Position numbers and translations under genes: made by a program. Shown in pieces: positions 30,768 through 41,208 of a stretch of 60,517 bases of DNA. The stretch is from the NCBI GenBank assembly GCA_024762935.1, contig JANTGK010000003.1, positions 1-60,517 on the forward strand. The letters are read 5' to 3'. Within the stretch, counting starts at the first letter, position 1. Every line of letters begins with the position of its first letter. The notes beneath the pieces are model-generated. The model saw only the letters and a program-made list of their open reading frames with translations. It was not told where the DNA came from and searched no databases. The stretch is from Candidatus Peregrinibacteria bacterium (GTDB taxonomy: Bacteria; Patescibacteriota; Gracilibacteria; CAIRYL01; GCA-016699755).

Positions 30768-31343
30768 ATGAATACGCCAAAAAAACGAATAGGAGTACTC
30801 TCTCTCCAAGGCGGCTTTGCGAAACATATTCAAATGATTACCAATTGTGGTGCTACTGCTCTTGAAATCAGGAATCCAGCAGAACTCAAACAGTGTGATG
30901 GACTCATTCTTCCTGGTGGAGAGTCAACAACCCTTACAAAACTCATAAACCGATATCAATTTCGAGCTCCTCTCCTTGAATTTGCAAAATCAAAACCGAT
31001 TCTCGGAACCTGTGCCGGTGCGATTCTTCTTTCAAAACACGCACATGATGATCGGGTACAACCACTTGGTCTTATAGATATCGATTCACATCGAAATGCG
31101 TATGGGAGACAGGTGGAGTCCTTCTCAACCACAATTGATATTACCGGACTTTCGTCTCCTTTTGAGGCCATTTTTATACGTGCTCCACAACTCACACTTC
31201 TTACAAATAGAGGAGAAATTCTTGCTCAAAATAAGGGAAAACCCGTATTCGTACGACAAAAAAATATTTTTGCTCTCACATTTCATCCGGAATTAACACA
31301 TGACTCAAGGATTCATGAACTTTTCTTAAAATTCCTACCATAA
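30768..31343 (+). CDS. pdxT: PLP synthase glutaminase subunit
   Basis: PGGEST, GTCAG, RNAYGRQVESF, FIRAP, FHPE. Confidence 0.96.
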   Translation: MNTPKKRIGVLSLQGGFAKHIQMITNCGATALEIRNPAELKQCDGLILPGGESTTLTKLINRYQFRAPLLEFAKSKPILGTCAGAILLSKHAHDDRVQPLGLIDIDSHRNAYGRQVESFSTTIDITGLSSPFEAIFIRAPQLTLLTNRGEILAQNKGKPVFVRQKNIFALTFHPELTHDSRIHELFLKFLP

Positions 31344-31563
31344 AGAATCTGTAATCACTCACTCAACCCGAATCTCTTTGAGAGTGTTTTTGGTGTGGAG
31401 AAAAAATATCCGGAGACAAAGTAAAATATAAAAAAACACTCTCTTTAGTACTCCAATAAAGGGTATCTGCAGAACTTCTAACTCGTAAGTAAGGAGCTAC
31501 AGGAATCTTGGTTGATAAAATCACATAAAATGATATAATAGAGTCATATTTTCTTTCCTCCAT

Positions 31564-32499
31564 ATGAAAAAGTCGATATTTATTGTCCTTTCAGTAATCA
31601 TGTTTTCCGCATGTGGAAATACAGAATATTCTTCCGTAAAAACAGAGAAAAAAACAACAGCACTCCCGGTAGCTCAAGAGGATTCTCAAGATGCAGCACA
31701 AGCAGATATTCCTCCAAAAGTTTCAAAAAAAGAACTCCAAAAAATTGTTTTTGAGAGCGGCTTTGAAGATTCAGAATATTATAACCGGATGAAAGAAATT
31801 GCTTTGAATATTCAACTTGATATCGCACAACAAAAGGCACAAGAGACCAGTAACGAAAAAGAGTGTGAAAAAATTAGTGACACCAATATGCAAAACAAAT
31901 GCCTCTCTCATTCATTAAAACAGATAGCAATAATCAATAGTGATGTCACCAAATGTGACCCTCTCCCAAAAGAAGAGAAAAACAAATGTGCGGATCAGGT
32001 TCTCTATAACCTTTCTATGTCAAAAGAAGACAGAGAAGTCTGTGCAAAAATAAATGATGAAGAGATACGAAACCGATGTAAAAATCAAATTACTCATCGA
32101 ACAGCCCTCAGAAGGAAAGATGAAACTCTCTGCGAAGAGATTCCCGATGAAAAGGTAAAAGAAAGATGTGTAAGTGAAGTTGTACAAGAAAAGAAAATTG
32201 ACCAACAAAGAGCAGAAAGACAAAAACAAATGGAAGAAGATGTAAAAAGAGAGCGAGAAAAAAGAGAGGCAAGAAATCAGAGAAAAAACCCAGAGCAGGA
32301 AATCATTCCTGAACAACCGGAAAAAGGAGAACAAAACCCATCTCTCGAAGAAGGCACTTCTGAGACCTCTCAAGAGACTTCCATCACAGAGGAAACACAG
32401 CCTGAAGAAACAAATCCTGTGATTGATGAAGCTGCCGAAGATACTCTAGAGAATGAAGAAGTACTAGGTGAACAAGCCCCTCCACCAGAAGGAGAATAA
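31564..32499 (+). CDS. Lipoprotein with four Cys-pair repeats and an acidic tail
   Basis: Lipobox FSAC; CEKISDTNMQNKC, CDPLPKEEKNKC, CAKINDEEIRNRC, CEEIPDEKVKERC. Confidence 0.75.
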   Translation: MKKSIFIVLSVIMFSACGNTEYSSVKTEKKTTALPVAQEDSQDAAQADIPPKVSKKELQKIVFESGFEDSEYYNRMKEIALNIQLDIAQQKAQETSNEKECEKISDTNMQNKCLSHSLKQIAIINSDVTKCDPLPKEEKNKCADQVLYNLSMSKEDREVCAKINDEEIRNRCKNQITHRTALRRKDETLCEEIPDEKVKERCVSEVVQEKKIDQQRAERQKQMEEDVKREREKREARNQRKNPEQEIIPEQPEKGEQNPSLEEGTSETSQETSITEETQPEETNPVIDEAAEDTLENEEVLGEQAPPPEGE

Positions 32500-32517
32500 G
32501 AAGAAGAGATAGTGAAG

Positions 32518-32550
32518 AAAAAAACCCTTCCTTTTCAGGAGGGTTTTTTT
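32518..32550 (+). terminator. Intrinsic terminator
   Basis: AAAACCCTTCC-ttttca-GGAGGGTTTTTTT. Confidence 0.75.
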
Positions 32551-32603
32551 ATATGAGAAAATAGTATAGTGCAAAAGGATGTATTTATATCAAGTATGTA
32601 TTC

Positions 32604-32632
32604 TTGCGTTCTAAAAGGGAAAAACGTATAAT
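32604..32632 (+). promoter_or_regulatory. Sigma70-type promoter of the ABC efflux operon
   Basis: TTGCGT, 17-nt spacer, TATAAT. Confidence 0.65.
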
Positions 32633-32656
32633 TACAAGATTTTTTCAGAAGGAGAA

Positions 32657-34612
32657 ATGTCAGAAAGAAAGAGTGACAGTTCATCACCACAGGCGCTGAT
32701 TTCATTCCGCAAAAAGAAAATAAAAAAATGGGGAAAGAGAATCCTTCTCTTTGTCGGGATAGGGGTATTACTTTGGTTTTTCTTCGGCAGACCCGATGCA
32801 CCCATTGAATATGTCACAGAGAAACCAAAAATAGGACTGGTGCGACAAACAGTTGAAGTAAACGGAACGGTTGAGTCTGATATGAAAATGAATCTGGTGT
32901 TCCAAAAAAATGGAAAAATTGCTGCCATCCCTGTTTCCGTAGGAGAAAAAGTACATCAAGGAGATATTTTGGCAGTCCTTGATCCAGGAATTTTAGGAAT
33001 AGAAGTCGAACGTGCTGCAGCAGCATTACAAATGGCACAAGCTGAACTTGATCTCAGATATGCAGGACCTGCAAATGAAGATATTGCTATCTCAAAAACA
33101 CAGATTGAGGAGGCTCAACTGGAACTTACCCACACTTTTAAAAGACTCCAAGATACAAAACAGGCAAACGCAAAACAACTCGAACGCGCTCAGCAAGAAC
33201 AAAAAAATGCTGAAATTGATGTACAAAATGCTAAAATTGCCCTTGAGAATATCAAGGGATCAGGAGGTATCACTCAAATCAAAGCAGGAAAAGAGCTCTT
33301 GGATAATCTCGAAGAAACGAAAAAAATAACTCTCTCTTCTCTCGACACCATTCGAAATGCCCTCTTTCTCGCAAAATCAATTATTAACCCAGATGGAGAT
33401 GCCGAAAAAAGACGGCTTGTCTATATCGGATTTGATAACCAGCAGGAAAAAATAACAGCCCTTAATACCTACAAACAAATAAAAAGTGAGTTTATGATTC
33501 TCGAAAATCAATACTATCACGAAGAGCAGACATGGAACCAATCGTCTGCAGATACAATACTCGGGTCGCTTGAAGAAAGAATTCTCGAAACCAAAAAACT
33601 TACAGATATGATTTTCGGATTACTCAGCTCATCCATAACTGGTGTAAATCTCACAGCATCTGAAATTAGTACCCTAAAATCAGAAGTGAATATTCAGCAA
33701 AATAACCTCATCCTTCAGCTTGATGCACTGAGAGATGCACGACAATACATACAAGATGCCGATATAGGAATAGAAAACAGTGATATCACAACAACAACAC
33801 AGGAAGATGCAGCCCTCGCAAATCTGGATACTGCAAAAAATATCCTCGCACTTTCTCAGGAAAATATTAAAAACATAAAGACACAAAATAAAACAGCAGT
33901 AAACTCTATAAAAAGAGAAATCGAAACAAAAAAGCTAATGATAAAAAAAGCAAAAGAGAGCTATAACAAGCTCATTGCAAAGCCAAGACATGTTGATGTT
34001 GCCTCTCTACAGGCAAATGTTCAGCAAACAATGGCATCGTGGAAACAGGCACAAAAGAATATTGAAGACACACTCATAATCGCACCAGTTGATGGAATCA
34101 TCACAGATATAAACGGAGATCCTGGAGAAAACGTAACAACTGTTCAAAATGTCATCACACTCATGACACCAGGATTACAAATGAAAGTGAATGTCCCAGA
34201 AACAGATGTTACTAAAATTGCAGTGGGCGACAGTGTTGAAACAACACTCGATGCCTTCCCTCAGGATAAAATTTTCACGGGTCACGTTCTGAGTATCGAT
34301 CCTGCGGAAACTGTCATACAGGGAGTTGTATACTATCAGGCAACGGTAAGTTTTGATGGGGATAATGAGGGTATACGATCAGGTATGACGAGTGATATCA
34401 ACATTCTTTCTGCTGAGAAAACCGATGCTCTTTCCATTTCTCCTGAAGCAATTCGATACGAAGGTCTTCAACCATTTGTGTTTGTCCTTAATAATGGGGA
34501 ACAGATTAAAACGGATGTTGTTCTCGGGCTCGAAGGTGATGATGCCGTTGAAATTCTTTCAGGTATAGGAGAAACAGATCGCATTGTCCTCTACGAAAAA
34601 TCAAAAGATTAA
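32657..34612 (+). CDS. MacA/HlyD-like periplasmic adaptor with a long coiled coil
   Basis: N-terminal TM, lipoyl halves (VGEKVHQGD, IIAPVDG), VPETDV, RSGMT. Confidence 0.88.
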   Translation: MSERKSDSSSPQALISFRKKKIKKWGKRILLFVGIGVLLWFFFGRPDAPIEYVTEKPKIGLVRQTVEVNGTVESDMKMNLVFQKNGKIAAIPVSVGEKVHQGDILAVLDPGILGIEVERAAAALQMAQAELDLRYAGPANEDIAISKTQIEEAQLELTHTFKRLQDTKQANAKQLERAQQEQKNAEIDVQNAKIALENIKGSGGITQIKAGKELLDNLEETKKITLSSLDTIRNALFLAKSIINPDGDAEKRRLVYIGFDNQQEKITALNTYKQIKSEFMILENQYYHEEQTWNQSSADTILGSLEERILETKKLTDMIFGLLSSSITGVNLTASEISTLKSEVNIQQNNLILQLDALRDARQYIQDADIGIENSDITTTTQEDAALANLDTAKNILALSQENIKNIKTQNKTAVNSIKREIETKKLMIKKAKESYNKLIAKPRHVDVASLQANVQQTMASWKQAQKNIEDTLIIAPVDGIITDINGDPGENVTTVQNVITLMTPGLQMKVNVPETDVTKIAVGDSVETTLDAFPQDKIFTGHVLSIDPAETVIQGVVYYQATVSFDGDNEGIRSGMTSDINILSAEKTDALSISPEAIRYEGLQPFVFVLNNGEQIKTDVVLGLEGDDAVEILSGIGETDRIVLYEKSKD

Positions 34613-34645
34613 ATTTTTTATTTCTACCTGGTACCCCTTATTAAA

Positions 34646-35323
34646 ATGTCCGGCATTCACAAAACCTACCATACCGGTTCGGTGCAGGCGCATGTGCTAA
34701 GAGGGATCTCTGTTGAAATAAAAAAAAATGAATATGTAGCCATTATGGGGCCATCCGGTTCAGGGAAATCAACCCTCATGAATATTATGGGATTTTTAGA
34801 TGTTCATGATGCTGGTGAATATTTATTCGACAACAGACCTGTAGAAGGATATGACGAAGAAGAACTCGCAGAAATCCGAAACAAAAGAGTCGGATTTGTC
34901 TTTCAAATGTTCTACCTCCTCCCAAAAATGTCCGCTCTTGATAACGTTAAACTCCCGATGCTCTATGCAAATATCCCAGAAAAAGAGCAGGAAGAAAGAG
35001 CAAAACAAGCGCTCATATCTGTAGGACTTGAAGACCGAATGCATCATAAACCAAATGAACTTTCAGGGGGCCAACAACAGCGAGTCTCTATTGCTCGAGC
35101 ACTTGTAAACGAGCCAAAAGTCATCTTTGCAGATGAACCGACCGGAAACCTTGATACCCATTCCGGAAACGAGGTCATGGAAATTTTTACCCGCCTCAAC
35201 AGAGAGGGAAAAACCATTATCATGATTACTCATGAAGATGAGATAGCTGCGTACACAAAACGAAAGATTATTATCCGAGATGGGCTCATCACATCTGATG
35301 AAATAAATCACTCCCAAAAATGA
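34646..35323 (+). CDS. MacB/LolD-type ABC ATP-binding protein
   Basis: [27 protein letters not shown]; true start may be the in-frame CTG at 34628 (..VPLIKMSG). Confidence 0.95.
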   Translation: MSGIHKTYHTGSVQAHVLRGISVEIKKNEYVAIMGPSGSGKSTLMNIMGFLDVHDAGEYLFDNRPVEGYDEEELAEIRNKRVGFVFQMFYLLPKMSALDNVKLPMLYANIPEKEQEERAKQALISVGLEDRMHHKPNELSGGQQQRVSIARALVNEPKVIFADEPTGNLDTHSGNEVMEIFTRLNREGKTIIMITHEDEIAAYTKRKIIIRDGLITSDEINHSQK

Positions 35324-36552
35324 GATTCCCCCTCAGTCTACGGCTCGCTTTTGCTGGAATTTTTGAAAACCGTATCCGTGCCTTTCTCACAATGCTTGGT
35401 ATTATTATAGGAATCGGTTCTGTTGTAGCTATTATGGCCATTGGTGCTGGTGCAAAAAGCCTTATTACCGGTTCTATAGAAAAAATGGGGACAAACCTGA
35501 TAGGAGTCATGCCAGGAGCAGCAAGTGATTCAGGTCCTCCAGTTTCAGTAATGGGCATAACTATTACCACTCTTACCTACGATGATGCAATGGTCATTAA
35601 AAGTCTTCCGAATGTTCTCGGAATCTCAGCATATGCCAATGGAAGTGGTGAAATAACAGCAGGAAAACAATCGACTGACGGGACATTTAGCGGAGTCACA
35701 GCCCAATACCCTTTTGTAGAAAACCACAATATTGAAAAGGGAAGGTTTTTTACAGAAAACGAAGAACGAACATCTAAAAAAATAGCCGTCCTTGGTGTTG
35801 ATATGAAAGAAAAACTCTTCCCATATACGAACCCCATTGGACAAGATATAAAGATTAAGAATATCAATTTTACTGTTATTGGCATCCTTGAAAAAAAGGG
35901 ATCATCAATTGTTAGCAACCCCGATAATCAAGTACTTGTTCCTCTGAATACCGCCCAAAAACTCCTTTTGGGACAAAAACACCTCGGACTTATTCGCATT
36001 AAGGTAGATGGAGAAGAAAAAGTCCCTGTTACTATGGAGCAAATCAAACGAACCCTTCGGTATCGACATGAGATTACATCCCCAGAAGATGATGATTTTA
36101 CCGTTCGTTCACTTGATCAAGCAGTTGATATGCTTGGGGGGATTATGGAGGGACTGCAATTTTTTCTAGCGAGTATTGCAGCCATATCCCTCATTGTCGG
36201 AGGCATTGGAATTACAAATATTATGCTCATGACAGTAAAAGAGCGAACCCGTGAGATTGGGCTCAAAAAAGCTATTGGAGCGACACCCGTGCAAATTAAA
36301 AATCAATTCCTTCTTGAAACACTCATTCTCACCGGAATCGGAGGCTTGATTGGAATCATATTTGGATCCCTCATCTCATGGATTATTGCCTTTGGGGCAC
36401 AAAAAATGGGCTACACATGGAACTTCTATATATCCCCGATCTCTATTATTATATCAATAGGAGTAGCTTTTTTTGTTGGTATCAGTTTTGGCATGTATCC
36501 AGCACGAAAGGCATCAAAACTCAATCCAATCGATGCACTCCGCTATGAATAA
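35320..36552 (+). CDS. MacB/FtsX-type ABC permease
   Basis: LTMLGIIIG, VGGIGITNIM..ERTREIG, NPIDALRYE. Confidence 0.95.
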   Translation: MRFPLSLRLAFAGIFENRIRAFLTMLGIIIGIGSVVAIMAIGAGAKSLITGSIEKMGTNLIGVMPGAASDSGPPVSVMGITITTLTYDDAMVIKSLPNVLGISAYANGSGEITAGKQSTDGTFSGVTAQYPFVENHNIEKGRFFTENEERTSKKIAVLGVDMKEKLFPYTNPIGQDIKIKNINFTVIGILEKKGSSIVSNPDNQVLVPLNTAQKLLLGQKHLGLIRIKVDGEEKVPVTMEQIKRTLRYRHEITSPEDDDFTVRSLDQAVDMLGGIMEGLQFFLASIAAISLIVGGIGITNIMLMTVKERTREIGLKKAIGATPVQIKNQFLLETLILTGIGGLIGIIFGSLISWIIAFGAQKMGYTWNFYISPISIIISIGVAFFVGISFGMYPARKASKLNPIDALRYE

Positions 36553-36557
36553 GAAAT

Positions 36558-36592
36558 AATGGAGAATTGAGGATTAAGAATTGAGAATTACA
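36558..36592 (+). repeat. Left heptamer array flanking the four-helix-bundle gene
   Basis: AATGGAG AATTGAG GATTAAG AATTGAG AATTACA. Confidence 0.8.
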
Positions 36593-36606
36593 TATTTTAT
36601 AACCCT

Positions 36607-36954
36607 ATGAAAAAAAACATCATTCAAGAAAAGTCTTTTTGTTTCTCATTGGCAATAATTTCGCTCTACAAAACACTTAGTGAAAAAAGAGAGTTTATAA
36701 TTTCCAAACAACTTTTACGAAGCGGAACCAGTATTGGAGCTAATGTTCATGAGACACTCAGTGGTGAAAGCCGAAAGGATTTTATTCACAATATATCGAT
36801 TTCGCTCAAAGAAGCACATGAAACGGAGTATTCATTAAAACTTCTTGAAGAAAGCAAGAGAGTACCCTTTGATTATGGTTCGCATCTAAATGGTATAAAT
36901 GAAATTATTTCGATTCTCACAAAAATAATTAAAACATCAAAGAAAAATTCTTAA
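36607..36954 (+). CDS. Four-helix-bundle protein (23S rRNA IVP family)
   Basis: QLLRSGTSIGANV.E, SRKDF, SLKEA.ET.Y.L.LL. Confidence 0.92.
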   Translation: MKKNIIQEKSFCFSLAIISLYKTLSEKREFIISKQLLRSGTSIGANVHETLSGESRKDFIHNISISLKEAHETEYSLKLLEESKRVPFDYGSHLNGINEIISILTKIIKTSKKNS

Positions 36955-36977
36955 CTCTTAATTCTAAATTCTCAATT
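36946..36977 (-). repeat. Right, inverted heptamer array flanking the four-helix-bundle gene
   Basis: AATT CTTAACT CTTAATT CTAAATT CTCAATT; near reverse complement of the left array. Confidence 0.8.
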
Positions 36978-36983
36978 TTTCTC

Positions 36984-38237
36984 ATGTACTTCCATATCCT
37001 CAAAATGTCCCTTCGCGCACTTCAAGACAATAAAACAAGATCAGTTCTTACGGCCCTTGGAGTTATCGTTGGAACCGCAATTGTAATCATTGTTCTCTCC
37101 GTAGGTGCTGGCGTACGTGGACTCATTCTCCATCAACTCTCAAGTATCACTCCAGAAACCCTTTGGATTGAAGTCCAAATACCACTAAAAGGAACACGAG
37201 CAGAAAAAGATGCTGCTACAGGGCAGGCTATCTCTTCGGGAGTCCAAATTAAAACCCTAAAAATCGATGATCTTGATGACCTTAAAAAAATACCGAATAT
37301 AGAAGATGGCTATGCTGTTGTCATTGGTCAAGAGAAATTCACCTACCATTCAGAAGAGAAACGTGCCATATACTGGGGGGTTTCTCCACAATATCAAAAA
37401 ATGGAAAATCTCAAGATGAGTTCTGGAAGATTTTTTAGCATGAAGGATGATAACTCACTCTCAAAGATGGTAGTACTCGGAAAAGATATAAAAGAAACGC
37501 TCTTTGGAAATCAAGAAGCTGTCGGAAAAAAAATAAAAATTAAAGGTCAAAGTTTTACTGTCATCGGTGTTGCAGAACAAGTCGGGACAAAATATTTTAT
37601 GGATATGGATGAAATGGTTTATATTCCCGTTCAAACAGCACAGAAAAAAATTCTCGGACAAGATCATCTCCAAGGGATTTCCTTAAAAATGAAGAATAAA
37701 GACCTTCTTCCAACGACAAAATCACAAATCGAAAGGTCATTACGGAGGAATCACCACATAGATGATCCGGAAAAAGATGATTTTGTTGTTCGTACTCTTG
37801 ATGAATCAATGGAAATCATCGATATGGTCACCGATGCTATTTCTATTCTTCTTTTTGCCCTGGCAAGCATCTCTCTTGTTGTCGGAGGCATTGGAATCAT
37901 GAACGTTATGTATGTTGCCGTGACCGATAGAACCCAAGAAATTGGTCTTAAAAAGGCAATTGGAGCAAGTCCATTTGCCATTCGATTTCAGTTTCTTTCG
38001 GAATCTGTAGTCATCTGCACCATTGGTGGTATTCTCGGTATTGGGCTTGGAATTAGTATTTCATGGCTCGTCAGTTTTATTGCAGGTCATCTCCAGTATT
38101 ATTGGCCTTTTATCTTGCCCACATCTTCAGTGCTACTCGCTTTTTGGATATCTGTGGGAATTGGAATTGTATTCGGATACGCACCAGCAAACAAAGGTTC
38201 AAAATTAAATCCTATCGAAGCTCTTCAAAAAACATAA
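36984..38237 (+). CDS. MacB/FtsX-type ABC permease (paralog)
   Basis: LTALGVIVG, VGGIGIMNVM..DRTQEIG, NPIEAL. Confidence 0.95.
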   Translation: MYFHILKMSLRALQDNKTRSVLTALGVIVGTAIVIIVLSVGAGVRGLILHQLSSITPETLWIEVQIPLKGTRAEKDAATGQAISSGVQIKTLKIDDLDDLKKIPNIEDGYAVVIGQEKFTYHSEEKRAIYWGVSPQYQKMENLKMSSGRFFSMKDDNSLSKMVVLGKDIKETLFGNQEAVGKKIKIKGQSFTVIGVAEQVGTKYFMDMDEMVYIPVQTAQKKILGQDHLQGISLKMKNKDLLPTTKSQIERSLRRNHHIDDPEKDDFVVRTLDESMEIIDMVTDAISILLFALASISLVVGGIGIMNVMYVAVTDRTQEIGLKKAIGASPFAIRFQFLSESVVICTIGGILGIGLGISISWLVSFIAGHLQYYWPFILPTSSVLLAFWISVGIGIVFGYAPANKGSKLNPIEALQKT

Positions 38238-38256
38238 TTCTCAAAAGAATTAATCA

Positions 38257-41151
38257 TTACCTCCTCTCCCCTACTATTCCCACCTCAAATCCATCACGAT
38301 TGTCAGGAAAATATCCATGAAGAAGCGTATCTGGTGTCCCAAAGGTCTCTTCCTGACAAGCACCTTCAGTAATATCAAAAAAGAGTGGAGATATTTTTAA
38401 TCGCTCCCCATCCCCCTTCCATTGAAAGCGGGACATAATCACCTGAGGATCGACAATTTCGAGTTGGTAAAATTTCTGCTCGTCTATCAATTGTGAAGAA
38501 AGCTCACTATCAACAAGCGCACTCTCTTTAGATGTGAGACCAAGTTGCTGGGCAAGAAAGACTGAATACTGAGAAATATCAGTTGATTTTATACAACTGC
38601 GTGCCATTCGATTCCCACCTATCGAATCAAGAGATTCATACCGATAGTATATGGGGGATTTCTCCCCAACGGGGAGTCTCCATCCTTCTTCTCCATCTGA
38701 AAATCTCTCTGAAACTCGCGTTATCCGAATATCAGAGAATTCTGGCTGCAAGAAGACCTCCTTTTCCATATCTAAGATGATTGCCGGTGTGGAATAGCCA
38801 TTTGCGTAGACTGTATTCCACTGACAAATATCCCGCGGAGAATGAGTACCATCTCCATTGTCATAAAAATTCTTTCGCATTTCCAATTCATCTTCTTGAG
38901 CAATAAGACACTCATTTGCGACTGTGTCTCCCGTCCAGAGTTGTAAGACTTTCAAAAAATCAGATGACCAATATGTCTCACTCTGTGAAGAAGGAATCAG
39001 TACTTGTGCATCAGAGGAAACCCCAGTAGAAAGCAAAGCGATATTATTGATTTCTGAAACAACATGGAGAGGAACAGTATCTGCATTTGAGGTTTGCACA
39101 TACGAAATAGTTACTGAGTCCCCCGGACTAAGAGCATTCAAACTCACCCCTTCTCCCCACAGAAACCCGTTGCATGTTGCCCCTCCCGGACAATCAGTCG
39201 CATATTCGCGTGGAGCACTTAATGATCCTCCATCTGATGGCGGACTTACTGTATCAAGAACAGTGACATCACCAGTCGTATTGCCATCATTTGTGACAAC
39301 AATATGATAGTACACATCAGTACCATCTTCCGCCTCAACCGAATGAGAATATGTTACTCCGTCTAGTGAAACTTCTTTTGTCACGGAAAAATCTGAAAGA
39401 GCTGGATCAACAGTAATGGTGGCTTCACAAGAGCTATTTCCTCCTGAACCACTGACGGAAAGAACATATGTTGTTGTTCCAGATGGAGTGACACTCTCAG
39501 AACCACTGGGGAGAGTTACTGACCCAATTCCATTATCAAGAGATGCAGAGGTAGCATCTGTCGTCGTCCAAGAAAGATCAACGGTATCTCCATCAACAAT
39601 TTGGCTCGGATTTGCTGTGAGAGTACATGTCGGCGGAGAAGCTGTAGTAGCCTTTTTTAAACAAATCCGTTTTACATGAACACTCTCAGTATCCAATGCA
39701 ACAAGAGTGACATGATTATTCCCAGCAGCATACGAAAATGTTCCAATATGATCCTGTCGACGACTCAAAAATTGTTCGGGTGGGCCGGTATACCAACTAG
39801 GGATTATATCATCATATGATGCAACACCTGTCTGTGTTCCGACTCGGAAAGAACAATCCTCATGTGTTCCCCAACTCAGCCCTCTATGCGGCTGGATAAT
39901 CGTGTCATACTCTCCTCCTTCTGGAACATAAATGTTGATAGTGTGTTCTATATGACTCCAATCAACCCCCATATCAACATCATAGTTATAGTCACCAGTA
40001 CATATACCCTCATCAAGGTCCCAATATCCACCACCTGCATTTGTTTGCATATCCCCATTGCTATTTGGTGCAACTGCTCCGCTTGTGTAAGGGAGAATTT
40101 CATCAAGAATATCTTTTGTTGGAAGAACACACTCAGGTTCATTACATGAAATAGTCTTCAGAATAAGACTCAAAATAGTATCAATGGCTGACTCTCTTTC
40201 AGCACTGCCCGACTGGTTCTCCATTACATCCCCAATAGCACTGAGAATTTCTTGGATGTCTCCAGAGTATGCTTCACCCGATATTGCTGCTTGAATTGAA
40301 GCAGTTGTGATCTCATCCATAGGAGTCTCCGCATCTCCATATGTACCGAGGAGATACTGTTTTAATGTCTCAATAACCAGTGATTTCAGAGGAATTTGAG
40401 CCAATTCTGATGCATCGACACCCGAATCTTTCGATCCAGCATACAAGGTATGTTGCAGTTTAGAAACAGCAATATCCTCGTTTCCTGCAAAATCAAAATT
40501 TGAACCACTCACCGTCGGAAATGCACTCGGACGAATTATATGAGCTTTTTTTAAAGGCAAAAGAGAATTTTCTTCACAGAGTATCTCGCAGTCGTCATCC
40601 GAAACATCATAGCCGATATCAACAGCAAGAGGCTGAATATTTGTCCCGATAAAAAAGTTTTGATTTGTCTCTTCAGCATTCTGTTGAGCCCAATTCTTCT
40701 GCATATGAAAAAATGCATCCACAATAACCTCCTCACCCGCCATATCCCAAAGGATATTCGGATGGATTTCCGCCCGAAAAAAGCCACTCGAATCTGCAGT
40801 AACGGTCCACAGACATGTTCCTGAACTTGGTGGTAAAAGCTTTCCAAAAGCATCTTCCTCAGGAGCAAAGAGGTATATTTGCACTTCAGAATATGGATCT
40901 GCAGTCCCCTTTACTACTACACGCTCATCTTCTGAGAGCTGGAGAATGCCTGTTGGTGAAGAAATAATTGCCCTCTGCCATTTTGAAGAATCCTCAGCCC
41001 GAATCATATACTCTCCCCTCCAATCAGAACCAGCACTCAACCCACTCACAAGATCAGTAGAGCACCCTTGTTCATCAGCAAAAGCAGCTGGTAAAACAGC
41101 AAATGCCAACAGAAAGGCGACAGAAGAGAGAAGTTTTCTCAAGAATATCAA
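38257..41151 (-). CDS. Large secreted multidomain protein (Ig-like, DUF11-like and unknown C-terminal domain)
   Basis: Signal peptide ending AFA; CTLTANP..LSW..TTTYVL module; YHIVVTNDG module. Confidence 0.75.
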   Translation of the reverse strand: MIFLRKLLSSVAFLLAFAVLPAAFADEQGCSTDLVSGLSAGSDWRGEYMIRAEDSSKWQRAIISSPTGILQLSEDERVVVKGTADPYSEVQIYLFAPEEDAFGKLLPPSSGTCLWTVTADSSGFFRAEIHPNILWDMAGEEVIVDAFFHMQKNWAQQNAEETNQNFFIGTNIQPLAVDIGYDVSDDDCEILCEENSLLPLKKAHIIRPSAFPTVSGSNFDFAGNEDIAVSKLQHTLYAGSKDSGVDASELAQIPLKSLVIETLKQYLLGTYGDAETPMDEITTASIQAAISGEAYSGDIQEILSAIGDVMENQSGSAERESAIDTILSLILKTISCNEPECVLPTKDILDEILPYTSGAVAPNSNGDMQTNAGGGYWDLDEGICTGDYNYDVDMGVDWSHIEHTINIYVPEGGEYDTIIQPHRGLSWGTHEDCSFRVGTQTGVASYDDIIPSWYTGPPEQFLSRRQDHIGTFSYAAGNNHVTLVALDTESVHVKRICLKKATTASPPTCTLTANPSQIVDGDTVDLSWTTTDATSASLDNGIGSVTLPSGSESVTPSGTTTYVLSVSGSGGNSSCEATITVDPALSDFSVTKEVSLDGVTYSHSVEAEDGTDVYYHIVVTNDGNTTGDVTVLDTVSPPSDGGSLSAPREYATDCPGGATCNGFLWGEGVSLNALSPGDSVTISYVQTSNADTVPLHVVSEINNIALLSTGVSSDAQVLIPSSQSETYWSSDFLKVLQLWTGDTVANECLIAQEDELEMRKNFYDNGDGTHSPRDICQWNTVYANGYSTPAIILDMEKEVFLQPEFSDIRITRVSERFSDGEEGWRLPVGEKSPIYYRYESLDSIGGNRMARSCIKSTDISQYSVFLAQQLGLTSKESALVDSELSSQLIDEQKFYQLEIVDPQVIMSRFQWKGDGERLKISPLFFDITEGACQEETFGTPDTLLHGYFPDNRDGFEVGIVGERR

Positions 41152-41208
41152 AATATCTTATTATTGTACTATCAATAGCCATAAAATACAACTTATTCTT
41201 TATATATT

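Noticed and set aside
36607-36954. Diversity-generating retroelement (Avd-like fold)
   Set aside because: No reverse transcriptase and no TR/VR pair with adenine-specific mismatches seen in the window
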